This document shows positions 39,523 through 49,366 of a stretch of 64,000 bases of DNA, piece after piece. Position 1 is the stretch's first letter, and every line of letters starts with the position of its first letter. The notes beneath the pieces were generated by a model. That model was given only the letters and a program-made list of their open reading frames with translations. It searched no databases and was not told the origin of the DNA. This DNA is from Nibricoccus sp. (GTDB lineage: Bacteria; Verrucomicrobiota; Verrucomicrobiia; Opitutales; Opitutaceae), in the NCBI GenBank assembly GCA_047602425.1, contig JASGHG010000001.1, positions 352,001 through 416,000 on the forward strand, written 5' to 3'. The position numbers were made by a program, and so were the translations under genes.

Positions 39523-40636
39523 CTATCTTATCGTCGGCGCCGGCTTCGCCGGCAGCGTGCTGGCCGAAAGGCTGGCGCGAGGTCTCAACAAAAAAGTTCT
39601 TATCGTCGATCGCCGCCCCCACATCGGAGGCAATGCTTATGACTGTTACGACCAGCATGGCATTTTGATCCACAAGTACGGGCCTCACATTTTCCACACC
39701 AATTCGGAAGAAATTTTTGCCTACCTCAGTCGGTTCACGGAATGGCGGCAATATCAGCATCGCGTGCGCGCGTCGGTGGACGGACGCCTTCTGCCGATTC
39801 CAATCAATCTCGATACCATCAACGAAATGTATGGCCTGCATTTGGAGGGCGCGCAGGAAATGAAGGCCTATCTGGCTGCAGTCGCCGAGAGGCGCCAGGA
39901 CATTTTGACCTCAGAAGATGTCGTTGTGAACAGCGTCGGCCGCGAACTCTATGAGAAATTTTTTCGAGGCTATACGCGCAAGCAATGGGGTTTGGATCCC
40001 TGCGAGCTCGACGCTCAAGTCACCGCACGGGTCCCTGTACGCCTCAATCGCGACGATCGCTATTTCCTCGATAAGTTTCAGGCGATGCCGGCGCGCGGTT
40101 TTACGCACATGTTTGGAAACATGCTCGATCATCCGAACATCAAAATCATGCTCAACTGCGACTATTCCGAGGTCGAAAAAGAAGTCGCCTATGAGTCGCT
40201 GATTTTTACCGGGCAGATCGACCAGTATTTTGACTATCGCTTCGGTGAACTCCCTTACCGTTGTCTGGAGTTTAAACACGAGACACACCACAAGCCCGTT
40301 TTCCAATCGGCGCCGGTCGTGAACTATCCCAACGAATATGCGTACACCCGCATCACGGAATTCAAATACCTGACGGGACAGGAACACCCGCTGACCAGTA
40401 TCGTCTATGAATTCCCGAAAGCAGAAGGAGACCCATACTACCCAATCCCGCGTGCTGATAACACGGCGCTGTATAAAAAATATCAGGAGCTCGCCGCCGA
40501 AACGCCCAATGTGTACTTCGTCGGCCGGCTTGCCACCTATAAATATTATAATATGGACCAGGTCGTCGGGCAGGCTCTCGCCACATTCTCGCGGTTGAGC
40601 GGCGTCAGACGCGCCCCGGCGGCGGCTCTGGTTTGA
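39515..40636 (+). CDS. glf: UDP-galactopyranose mutase
   Basis: FDYLIVGAGFAG, HIGGNAYD, HKYGPHIFHT, YTRKQWG, YTRITEFK, PYYP, GRLATYKYYNMDQ. Confidence 0.95.
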   Translation: MFDYLIVGAGFAGSVLAERLARGLNKKVLIVDRRPHIGGNAYDCYDQHGILIHKYGPHIFHTNSEEIFAYLSRFTEWRQYQHRVRASVDGRLLPIPINLDTINEMYGLHLEGAQEMKAYLAAVAERRQDILTSEDVVVNSVGRELYEKFFRGYTRKQWGLDPCELDAQVTARVPVRLNRDDRYFLDKFQAMPARGFTHMFGNMLDHPNIKIMLNCDYSEVEKEVAYESLIFTGQIDQYFDYRFGELPYRCLEFKHETHHKPVFQSAPVVNYPNEYAYTRITEFKYLTGQEHPLTSIVYEFPKAEGDPYYPIPRADNTALYKKYQELAAETPNVYFVGRLATYKYYNMDQVVGQALATFSRLSGVRRAPAAALV

Positions 40637-40654
40637 GGTTTTGTTTCATTCACA

Positions 40655-43462
40655 ATGCTCTTATCGCCGATACCGCGACCAGAGTACCCGCGTCCCGACC
40701 GCCAGCGCGGTTTGGTCGAAGGCATCGATTGGCTCAATCTAAATGGACCCTGGCAGTTTCGCTTCGATCCGTTGCGCCGGGGCGTCGAAGAGCAATGGTT
40801 CGCTCCGGGCGGCGAGTGGCGCGAACAAATTATCGTGCCGTTTTGCTGGGAATCGCTGGCGGCGTGGGGCGAAGGCACCGCTGCCGGGAACGAGAATTAT
40901 TATTCCACCCGCGCCTTCATCGATCCGATTTCCGTCACGAGTGAAAACTACCGCAGCGCCCCGCGCCATGAAGTGGGCTGGTATCGCCGCGTGATCGATA
41001 TCCCCGAATCCGGAGCGTGGTCAGGCAAACGCGTTTTTCTCACGATCGGCGCGGCGGATTTCTTTACCGAGGTTTGGTGCAATGGCATTTCCGTCGGAAA
41101 ACACGAAGGCGGTTACGTGCCGATCGAGTTCGATCTCACTGAAGCGCTGGCGAAATCTGGCGACCGGCGCGCGCTTCTCGTCGTGCGCGTCGAAGATCCC
41201 ATGGACAATCACGAGCAACCCGTCGGGAAACAATGGGGCTGGTACACCCCGACGAGTGGTATCTGGCAAACGGTTTTCCTCGAACCGCGCGGGCAGGCCA
41301 GCATCGATTATTTTCGTATCATTCCCGACATCGACACCCGCACGGCGACATTCGAAATCTTCTGCGTCGGCTGCGGTGACACCGCCAAAGTGATTGCTGA
41401 GATTTCACCGCCCGAAGCGCCGCGTTTCGATGAGAGTTTCTCCCTCGTAAATGGCGTGGCCCGCCGCGAAATAAAGATCGATCCTTTGTCCCTGTGGGAT
41501 ACTTCGGCACCCCGCCTCTACCATGTGATTTTTCGCTTGCACGACGACGGACGCGAGCAGGACGTCGTCCGAAGCTATTTCGGAATGCGAAAAATACACA
41601 CGGCCCCCGCTGAGCTGGCCGAAAAATCTCCGGCGCGCCTCTGTCTCAACAATCAACCGATTTACCTGCGCGGGGCGTTGTATCAATCTTATCATCCCGA
41701 CGGGGTCTATACAGCGCGAGATGCAGCGACACTTCGCAATGATATTAGTTTTGCGCGCAATGCCGGCTTCGATTTCTTGCGCGTGCATATCAAACTCGAT
41801 GACCCGCTTGTGCTCTACTATGCGGATACGCTGGGGATGATGCTCATGCAGGACTTCCCCAACTTTGGCGAAGGTGGCGATACGCCACTGGGGCGACAAC
41901 GTTTCGAACAAATGATGCGCCTCGGGTTCAAACGCGATTTTAATCACCCTTCGATCATCGCCTGGTGTTTGTTCAATGAAACCTGGGGCTTCGGCGGGCA
42001 GACGGAGCTAATGCGTTTTATCGCGCCCAAGCTCGGTCCAAAGGAAAGACGCGACGTCGCCAACAAGATGGCCAACACGCCTTCGTTCCGCTGGGTGCAC
42101 GAAATGTGGCAAGTGGCAAAATCGATCGATTCCACCCGGCTGATCGAAGACATGAGCGTCGTGGTCTGGGAGCACCTTGCCGCGTACGGCCATATCGATA
42201 CCGACATAAACTCGTGGCATTTCTATATAGACGACTACGCACGCGCAAAATCTCACATTGAAAACGTCGTGGCCAATACCTACCGCGGGTCGACGTTTAA
42301 TTATATAGAAGGCAGTCTGCAAAAAGATGCACCGCTCATCAACAGCGAGTATGGTGGCGTTGGCGCGCTCGATGGAGATCGCGACATCAGCTGGACCTTC
42401 AAATTCCTAACCAATGAATTGAGGCGTCATGGTCAGCTCTCGGCATATATTTTCACGCAATTGACCGATGTCGAATGGGAATACAATGGCCTGCTCAACT
42501 ACGATCGTACTCCAAAGCAGCTTGGTTACGCGCCCACCCTCATCAATCAAGGTGATGTGTTGCCGATCAACGCCGCGCCGATCTCGCAAATTGCCCCAGG
42601 TGACTCTCTCGATGTCGAAGTGTATTCTTCGCATTTCTCGCGGCGGCCCCGGAGCGGAGTGACCTTGCAGTGGCATTATACGGGAATCGACGATCTCGGA
42701 TTAATGCATCCAGATTTGGGCCGGGGGTGGGAGCAAATTCCCTTTACTCAAAATCGTGTGGAGTTGGCCCAGCGCATCACGATAAAAGCGCCTTCGGAGC
42801 CGATGGTCTGCACGCTTTGGGTGACGGCGATTTGCGACCGAGGCGATACGGTGGCGGCGAATTTCATTCAGCATTTTATCTCCGCCGGAGAGCCCTTGCG
42901 GCGCGAGGAGCGGGACAGCCGTGTTATCCTCCGTCGGCGTCCCGACGAATGGGCGGCGGCCGCGTGGAGCGGCGGGTATTGCACCCGCGAGGAGGCCCGT
43001 GCCGCTCGCTGCGCCTACGGACGAGGCACGGGGTTTTTTGAATGGCATTTCTCGGACGAAGCCATTGGGCAACTCGGCGAAGCCCGCCGCGTGCGCATTT
43101 TGTGCGAAATGTCCTCACGTAGAAACAACACGCCACAAACCGACCCGCACGTGTATGCGTCGGCCATCGATTTGCTCGTCAATGGCCTTCCCGTCCATCG
43201 CGGAATGCTGCCGGATCATCCTCACGATTCGCGCGGCTCGCTCAGCTATTTGCGCGGAGGCCGCGGGGCATACGGCTACATGATCTCTGTCACACTGGAG
43301 GACGAACTGCTTCGCCGCGTCATAAACGCTTCGACAGAGCCAAATCTCCTACGAATGCAATGTGCCGTGCCTCGAAGATCGGAGGCACGCGGCGGACTCA
43401 CGGTCTATGACTACGACTGCGGCCGCTTTCCCATTTGTCCGACGGTCGTGATCGAAACCTGA
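40655..43462 (+). CDS. GH2-family glycoside hydrolase, no obvious signal peptide
   Basis: PRPEYPRP, LNLNGPWQF, HEGGY, SGIWQTV.LE, NHPSIIAW.LFNE.WG, NSEYGG. Confidence 0.87.
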   Translation: MLLSPIPRPEYPRPDRQRGLVEGIDWLNLNGPWQFRFDPLRRGVEEQWFAPGGEWREQIIVPFCWESLAAWGEGTAAGNENYYSTRAFIDPISVTSENYRSAPRHEVGWYRRVIDIPESGAWSGKRVFLTIGAADFFTEVWCNGISVGKHEGGYVPIEFDLTEALAKSGDRRALLVVRVEDPMDNHEQPVGKQWGWYTPTSGIWQTVFLEPRGQASIDYFRIIPDIDTRTATFEIFCVGCGDTAKVIAEISPPEAPRFDESFSLVNGVARREIKIDPLSLWDTSAPRLYHVIFRLHDDGREQDVVRSYFGMRKIHTAPAELAEKSPARLCLNNQPIYLRGALYQSYHPDGVYTARDAATLRNDISFARNAGFDFLRVHIKLDDPLVLYYADTLGMMLMQDFPNFGEGGDTPLGRQRFEQMMRLGFKRDFNHPSIIAWCLFNETWGFGGQTELMRFIAPKLGPKERRDVANKMANTPSFRWVHEMWQVAKSIDSTRLIEDMSVVVWEHLAAYGHIDTDINSWHFYIDDYARAKSHIENVVANTYRGSTFNYIEGSLQKDAPLINSEYGGVGALDGDRDISWTFKFLTNELRRHGQLSAYIFTQLTDVEWEYNGLLNYDRTPKQLGYAPTLINQGDVLPINAAPISQIAPGDSLDVEVYSSHFSRRPRSGVTLQWHYTGIDDLGLMHPDLGRGWEQIPFTQNRVELAQRITIKAPSEPMVCTLWVTAICDRGDTVAANFIQHFISAGEPLRREERDSRVILRRRPDEWAAAAWSGGYCTREEARAARCAYGRGTGFFEWHFSDEAIGQLGEARRVRILCEMSSRRNNTPQTDPHVYASAIDLLVNGLPVHRGMLPDHPHDSRGSLSYLRGGRGAYGYMISVTLEDELLRRVINASTEPNLLRMQCAVPRRSEARGGLTVYDYDCGRFPICPTVVIET

Positions 43463-43487
43463 GTCAGAAAAACCACAACCATGCCTA

Positions 43488-45410
43488 ATGAATTTCTTCC
43501 GCTCCCATGTTTTACCGCCCTTGGAAATCTGGGGTGGAGTCGAATGTTCCTTCGTCCGTCTGCAGAACCATTGCAACGACCAACTGGCCCACACGGGCCA
43601 CGCCGACCGCCTCGACGACCTTGACCGTTTCGCCGCGCTTGGCCTGCGCACGCTACGCTATCCGATCCTGTGGGAACGCCACGCGGGAAATCCCATCGAT
43701 TGGCGCTGGGCGGACGAACGTTTGAATCGGCTGCGCGAACTCGGAATCCGGCCGATTGTTGGCCTGCTGCATCACGGCTGCGGCCCGCTCGCCGATGGTT
43801 TTCTCGATCCCGATTTCATCGGCGGCTTCACGCAATTTGCGCGCGCCGTAGCCGAACGATTTCCATGGGTCGATGCCTATACGCCCATTAACGAACCACT
43901 CACCACCGCCCGATTTAGCGGAATGTACGGGCTTTGGCATCCGCTGCGGTGCGATCTGCCGTCATTCGCGCGGATCTTGCTCAACCAATGCAAAGCGATA
44001 CGGGCCGCGATGGCAGCGATCCGCGAAATCAATCCGACAGCACAGCTCATCCAAACCGAAGATGTTGGAAAAACACACAGCACGCCGCTGTTGGCGTACC
44101 AAGCCGATTTAGAGAATGAGCGTCGCTGGCTCAGCTTCGATTTTCTCTGCGGTCGCCTTCGCGCAGGTTCCCCGATGTTCGAGCATTTGCTCAACGCCGG
44201 GCTGGAATATGAAGAACTGGAGTCTTTCGCCGAAAATCCGTGCCGGCCCGATCTGATAGGGATGAATCACTACGTCACTAGCGAACGTCTCCTCGACGAA
44301 AACCAAGGTCGATACCCACGCGCTTTTCACGGCGGCAACGAGCAACATGCCTATGCGGACGTTCCGGCGGTCCGTGCCCGCGCCGAGGGAGCGGTGGGTC
44401 CGGCGCAGTTGCTTCGCGAAGTCTGGAAACGCTACCAAATCCCCATCGCCATCACGGAAGCCCAACTTGCCTGCACGCGCGAAGAACAACTGCGCTGGCT
44501 CCAAGAGATGTGGGCGGCGGCGGAAGCCGCTCGGGCGGCCGGCATGGAAGTTCGCGCCGTCACCGCGTGGGCACTGCTCGGAGCCTACGATTGGGACTCC
44601 CTCCTCCTCGAAACCAACGGGCATTATGAGAACGGCGCTTTTGACGTGCATGATGGTTCGCCTCGGATCACCGCGGTCGGTCAAGCCATTCGCAGTCTCG
44701 CTGCAAATGGCCGCTTCGAACATCCCGCGGCAACTGGACCTGGCTGGTGGAGACGGCCTGTGCGGTTAATTTTTCCGCGCATTTCCTGTCCACGCACGGG
44801 TCACGGCACGGCCGCGTCCGAGTCCCAGTTCCCCGCGGCACAATGCCCGCTCCTTATCGTTGGCGCAACCGAACGCTTGCAGGAGCTTCTTCGGCGCGCC
44901 TGCCGAATCCGCGGCTTGTCCGCCGTCTTCCTCGCCGATGATGCGATCGATTTCGCCGATCCCACGAGTCGCGACCGCCAATTCCGCCGCTACCACCCGT
45001 GGGCGGTTCTAGTAGTGATACCGAACCACTCCAACGATACCGCGCCGTCTTCTCCCCTAGCCGATGCGGCGTTGGTCGAGCATCTTCGCGTCGTGTCAGA
45101 AAGTGCGCGCATTGGGGTCGGTATTTTTTCGGAGGAACCCGTTCTGGTGGACGACGAGGGATGGAGTTTTCTGACCACGCGAGGAAGCTGGGACGTGCTG
45201 GGGCCGGATCAATCCGGAAGCCTTGAATCGGCCATCAATATTCGCGCCGGCGCCCGCCCCGTCCGTCGCGAAAACCGCCCGCCCGATGCCACGGCGGAAA
45301 TATATTTCCCAACGCGAATCGATGCCGCGCTCAACATTCTGATCGATGACTACGGCAGCGGCGGCTTGGTCTTTGTGCCAATGGGAGAAATGCAACTGCT
45401 ATCGTCTTAG
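43488..45410 (+). CDS. GH1-like beta-glucosidase fused to a degenerate RmlD/SDR-like C-terminus
   Basis: WGGVEC, LRYPILWE, LLHHG.GP, TPINEP acid/base, IAITE nucleophile; PLLIVGATERL resembles a decayed Rossmann GxxGxxG. Confidence 0.78.
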   Translation: MNFFRSHVLPPLEIWGGVECSFVRLQNHCNDQLAHTGHADRLDDLDRFAALGLRTLRYPILWERHAGNPIDWRWADERLNRLRELGIRPIVGLLHHGCGPLADGFLDPDFIGGFTQFARAVAERFPWVDAYTPINEPLTTARFSGMYGLWHPLRCDLPSFARILLNQCKAIRAAMAAIREINPTAQLIQTEDVGKTHSTPLLAYQADLENERRWLSFDFLCGRLRAGSPMFEHLLNAGLEYEELESFAENPCRPDLIGMNHYVTSERLLDENQGRYPRAFHGGNEQHAYADVPAVRARAEGAVGPAQLLREVWKRYQIPIAITEAQLACTREEQLRWLQEMWAAAEAARAAGMEVRAVTAWALLGAYDWDSLLLETNGHYENGAFDVHDGSPRITAVGQAIRSLAANGRFEHPAATGPGWWRRPVRLIFPRISCPRTGHGTAASESQFPAAQCPLLIVGATERLQELLRRACRIRGLSAVFLADDAIDFADPTSRDRQFRRYHPWAVLVVIPNHSNDTAPSSPLADAALVEHLRVVSESARIGVGIFSEEPVLVDDEGWSFLTTRGSWDVLGPDQSGSLESAINIRAGARPVRRENRPPDATAEIYFPTRIDAALNILIDDYGSGGLVFVPMGEMQLLSS

Positions 45411-45525
45411 CGCATTTTAAATCGGGCGCAGTCGTAACGTTCGAAGTCAACATCCGCTCAAGGGCGAACATCGAGAAGGCGCGGCTTGCGTAGGGCCTGA
45501 GCTTGCTTGGTTCGCAATTCAACCC

Positions 45526-45554
45526 TTGCCAAACAATAAACCGTTACGTAACGT
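45526..45554 (+). promoter_or_regulatory. Sigma70-like promoter overlapped by a perfect 12-bp palindrome
   Basis: TTGCCA (45526-31), 17 bp, TAACGT (45549-54); palindrome CGTTACGTAACG 45542-45553; ATG 7 nt after the -10 element. Confidence 0.6.
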
Positions 45555-45560
45555 TTTATC

Positions 45561-46109
45561 ATGCCATACGAAGCTTTAAACCAAGGGCGAATCACCCAGG
45601 CGCTGCGCCGCTTGGGCGAGCTTGCCCGCGATCAAGGCGTGACGCTGGAAGTTTCACTGTACGGCGGTGCCACCTTTACGCTGGTGTACGGTTCACGCGA
45701 CGCGACCAAGGATGTTGATGCACTGGTCCAACCCGCAGCCGTCGCGCAGAAGCTGGCAAAAAAAGTCGCGACGGAACTCGATCTGCCGGAGGACTGGCTG
45801 AACGATAACGTGAAGCAATTTCTCGCCGAGAAAGAGGCCAAGCGCGAATTAGCCGGCGACGAATTCGGTGAAGGACTGCGGATCAGTGTTCCCACCGCGC
45901 AATATCTGCTCGCGATGAAACTCCGCGCCTGCCGCCCTCCTCTGCCGGGCTACGCCGGTGACTACGCCGACATCCGTTTTCTGGTCACAAAGATGAACCT
46001 CAAATCAGTGGACGCCGCCGAAGCCATTCACGACAAATTCTTCCCGCACGACGCGCTCTCGAAAGCGGCCAAAGAGGTCGTCGCATCCGCGCTGAAACCG
46101 TCAAAATGA
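45561..46109 (+). CDS. Nucleotidyltransferase (DUF6036/AbiEii-like), putative toxin
   Basis: LYGGA...RDATKDVDA (GG...DxD), DWLND, YLLAMKL.A.R, D.ADI. Confidence 0.75.
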   Translation: MPYEALNQGRITQALRRLGELARDQGVTLEVSLYGGATFTLVYGSRDATKDVDALVQPAAVAQKLAKKVATELDLPEDWLNDNVKQFLAEKEAKRELAGDEFGEGLRISVPTAQYLLAMKLRACRPPLPGYAGDYADIRFLVTKMNLKSVDAAEAIHDKFFPHDALSKAAKEVVASALKPSK

Positions 46110-46631
46110 ACCAACGCCCATCCACGCTCAAAGCCGTCGCCGAACAATCGGAGTCACTTGCTGACTTCGGACGGCACCTGCGTGACTGGCTCCACGAGTT
46201 GCGACTTGTCTCGTCACGTCGCGGTGCCGCCATTGCAGTCGCTGAGGAACCGCCACGCTTGAGCCGCAAGTTCGCCCAAGGAAAAGTCGCCGACGCCTGG
46301 CTCACCGCCTATGCAGAACACCTGGCGGTAAAAGCGGGTATCCAGCCACCCAACTGGGTCTTCGCTTCCTCACGCGTCCTCGCCGAACCAACCTTTAACG
46401 AGCAAAACGAAAGCCCCGCATTGCGAGCGCTCGCGCTTGCTCATGCCCCGCTGGCCTTCAAGCGCCGCAACATATACACGTCGTCAGTGGATCTGCCGCT
46501 TTCGCTGCATGCAGCGTCGCCCCCGCAAATCAGCGGCCGAAAAACGCCAAACCAATGCCGAACGCCAGCGCCGATTCAGGGAAAAGCGCGCTGCAGAGTT
46601 CAAAGCGCTGCGCAAGCTGTTGCGGAAATAA
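46106..46631 (+). CDS. Putative antitoxin partner with a basic DNA-binding-like tail; apparent frameshift at ~46515
   Basis: ATGA overlap; EEPP, DAWL.AYAEHLA, PP.W, P.AFKRRNIY; removing one base gives LHAGRPRKSAAEKRQTNAERQRRFREKR, stop 46631 (the unshifted frame stops at 46648). Confidence 0.65.
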
Positions 46632-46842
46632 TCATAGCAGCGTGGTAGAGGCTGCCAGGCGAGTTTCGGCCACCGGTGCCCGGAGCAACAGATGCCACAA
46701 GTGGAATGGGAATCCGCAATGCTCGCTAATGCGCGATTTACTTTTGCTTTAGTGGTCAGCGTCAGGTGGGGGTCAACTACTGACGCAGCCAGTCTTTCAG
46801 AGCCTTTTTCGCAAGCCGCTGATTCTATCATATTTAGATACG

Positions 46843-46876
46843 AAAAAACCGCCGGATCTTAGTCCGGCGGTTTTTC
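46843..46876 (-). terminator. Intrinsic (bidirectional) terminator after tRNA-Gly
   Basis: AAAAAACCGCCGGA-TCTTAG-TCCGGCGGTTTTT. Confidence 0.8.
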
Positions 46877-46881
46877 CAAAA

Positions 46882-46957
<76 letters not shown>

Positions 46958-47009
46958 AAAAGCGTGTGAGGGGGATGAGAAGTAAGGTTCGCTGCGCGCT
47001 CGTCAACAG

Positions 47010-49211
47010 CTATTTTTTAGGAATTGGCGGACGGCTCGCCCCACCCTTTTCCGCATAAGCAATCTTCTCTTCGCGCGGCTCCTTGTTTCCCGAGGAGGAA
47101 CGGGGTTTTTCCGAGCGATTCGGCCGGTTGCTGTAGTACGAATAATTTTGCGTGTAGTAACCGTAATCTTCGCCGGAATTTTGCGGCACGCGGTTAAGGA
47201 CGACACCGACGAGATGCTTGTTGTTGAGACTTTCGATGATCTGCTGCGCGCGCAGGACCATGCTTTGCGGATTGCGGCGGTGTTGGATAAGGAGCGCGGT
47301 GTCGTCGACCACGCTGGCCAGAACGGAGGCATCGCTCACACCGATCACGGGCGGAGCATCGAAAACGATGCGGTCGTAACTGCCGCGCAGTTCCTTCAGG
47401 AGGGCTTTCAGGCGGTCAACGTAGAGAAGACTCAAGGTGAAGCCGCTCGTCGCGCCGGAAGGGATGAAATCGAGGTTCTTGGCCACGCCGACTTGGATAA
47501 CCGTTTTCAGGTCGGCTTTCCCCAAGAGGAGTTCAGTCAGGCCGGGTTCTTTTTTCCAGCCGGAGAGTTGGTGCTGCGTGGGGCGACGAAGGTCGGAATC
47601 GATGAATAGCACGCGTTCGCCGGCCTCGGCCATGGCGCGTACCAGCCGGAGCAGCGTGGTGGATTTGCCCTCGCCGGGCCCGGCCGAAAGCATGACGAGA
47701 CTGCGGCCACGCTCGTTGGTTTTCAACGCGAGGTTGAGGTTTGTGTGGAGTACGCGGAAAGGTTCGGTATCGGCCGGATCTTCCTCGCCGGGTTTGTCTT
47801 TGAACGGATCTTCGCTGAAAGGAATCACCCCGAGCACGGGACGCTGGATGCGGCTTTCAACTTCGGAGACGTTGCGGAAGCTGGTGTCGAAATACTCGAC
47901 TAGCACGGCGGTGCCAACGCCCAGGACCGTGCCGAAGAGGAGCGCGAAGATAAAATTGAGCGTCCAACTGGGTTTTTTGGGATAACGGGCAGGTTCGGCT
48001 TGGTTGAGGATTTCGGTGGTGCGCTTCGGCACTTGGAAATCGATTTCGCGCTGGCGTAGGGTGACTTTGAGCGAAGACAGAATGCGGGTTTCGTCATCGA
48101 GTTTTTGAGCGGCTTCCTCGAAGGGACGCATCCGGTCACGCGCAGAAAGAATCTGGTCAACCTTGGCTTGGGAGAGTTGGTTCTTGAGTTCGGCCACGCG
48201 GGCCTCGGCTTCCTTGTACGCGATTTCGAGACCATTCTCGTAACCGCGAAGCTGGGCGTCGAGTTGCTCGCGGATTTTCGCACGATTATCGACTGCGGCG
48301 ACTAGATCGGGATGCGCTTCGCCGAGGCGGGAACGAAGCTTGGTGACGTTCTGGTCGGCGAGGAGATAGGCCTGGAGGAGGTTTTGGATGTTGGGATCCT
48401 GAATGAGCTCGGAGTTGACGAGGTTGACGCGTTCTTCGGGGGGAATGCTCTTGAAGCGTTCGTAGCGGGTTTTGCGGCCGATGGTGTCGACGCTGAGGGC
48501 GATCAGCGAATTTTGCATCTGGCGAAGGGTTTCGATTTCGATGTCGCTGTAGCGCGCATTGAGATCGACGCCGGAAATGTTGAGGTCCTTGCGGAGTTTT
48601 TCGACGAGATCGCGCTGGGCGGAGACGTTGCGCTCCTGTGACTCAAGTTCCTTGCGAAGCTGGGAGAGGCCCTCGCGCTGCGAGGAAGTGGCGAAATTAA
48701 TGCGGTCGTCGGAGTACACGCGGCCGATTTCATTCGCGATCTCGGCGGCAAGGCGGGGATCCTGGGCGAGCACGGCGATCTCGATCACGGAGGAACCGCG
48801 GGACGACAGGTCGACCCGGAGCATTTTCCGGCGGAGGTAATCGATGGTGATGTCGGTTGGCAACGAACCACTGGCGCCGTACGGTGCGGCGAGTTTTTCG
48901 TTGAGGCCCAGTTTTTGAATGACGGGGTAAAGAATTTTGGCCTCCTGCATGATCTTCATTTGATCCTGCAAGAAGTTTGGATCGTAGTAGCCACTCTGCT
49001 GCGTTTGAAAGAGCTTCACCTCGCCCTCGGGTTTTTCCACGCGGACATTGGTCTTCGATTCATACCAGCGGGGCATGAAGGCGGTGACGGCCAAGGTCGT
49101 CGTCAATACGAGGCCTACAATCAGAAAGATCAGGGCCTTGCGCAGACGCAGCAGTGAAAAGAATTCGGCGAGTGAGGCGCCATCTTTTCCGAGGTGATGG
49201 GTATGAACCAT
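47010..49211 (-). CDS. Wzc/GumC-type polysaccharide co-polymerase with BY tyrosine kinase domain
   Basis: Two TMs flanking a coiled coil, HPD motif, Walker A GPGEGKS, IDSDLRRP, FDAPP, C-terminal Tyr cluster DYGYYTQNYSYY. Confidence 0.9.
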   Translation of the reverse strand: MVHTHHLGKDGASLAEFFSLLRLRKALIFLIVGLVLTTTLAVTAFMPRWYESKTNVRVEKPEGEVKLFQTQQSGYYDPNFLQDQMKIMQEAKILYPVIQKLGLNEKLAAPYGASGSLPTDITIDYLRRKMLRVDLSSRGSSVIEIAVLAQDPRLAAEIANEIGRVYSDDRINFATSSQREGLSQLRKELESQERNVSAQRDLVEKLRKDLNISGVDLNARYSDIEIETLRQMQNSLIALSVDTIGRKTRYERFKSIPPEERVNLVNSELIQDPNIQNLLQAYLLADQNVTKLRSRLGEAHPDLVAAVDNRAKIREQLDAQLRGYENGLEIAYKEAEARVAELKNQLSQAKVDQILSARDRMRPFEEAAQKLDDETRILSSLKVTLRQREIDFQVPKRTTEILNQAEPARYPKKPSWTLNFIFALLFGTVLGVGTAVLVEYFDTSFRNVSEVESRIQRPVLGVIPFSEDPFKDKPGEEDPADTEPFRVLHTNLNLALKTNERGRSLVMLSAGPGEGKSTTLLRLVRAMAEAGERVLFIDSDLRRPTQHQLSGWKKEPGLTELLLGKADLKTVIQVGVAKNLDFIPSGATSGFTLSLLYVDRLKALLKELRGSYDRIVFDAPPVIGVSDASVLASVVDDTALLIQHRRNPQSMVLRAQQIIESLNNKHLVGVVLNRVPQNSGEDYGYYTQNYSYYSNRPNRSEKPRSSSGNKEPREEKIAYAEKGGASRPPIPKK

Positions 49212-49366
49212 GAAGCGTATCTAAGAAATCGTTCTGTGACCGGGCTCAGCAAGCACTTTGTTACAGGTATTTGTGCGAACACCTTGCGTGAAGAAGTTGT
49301 TTTTAGCAACGGGCAAGCCCTCAAAGCGACGCCGGGGCCGCAAATGGGTTACGCGACGCGGCCCGG

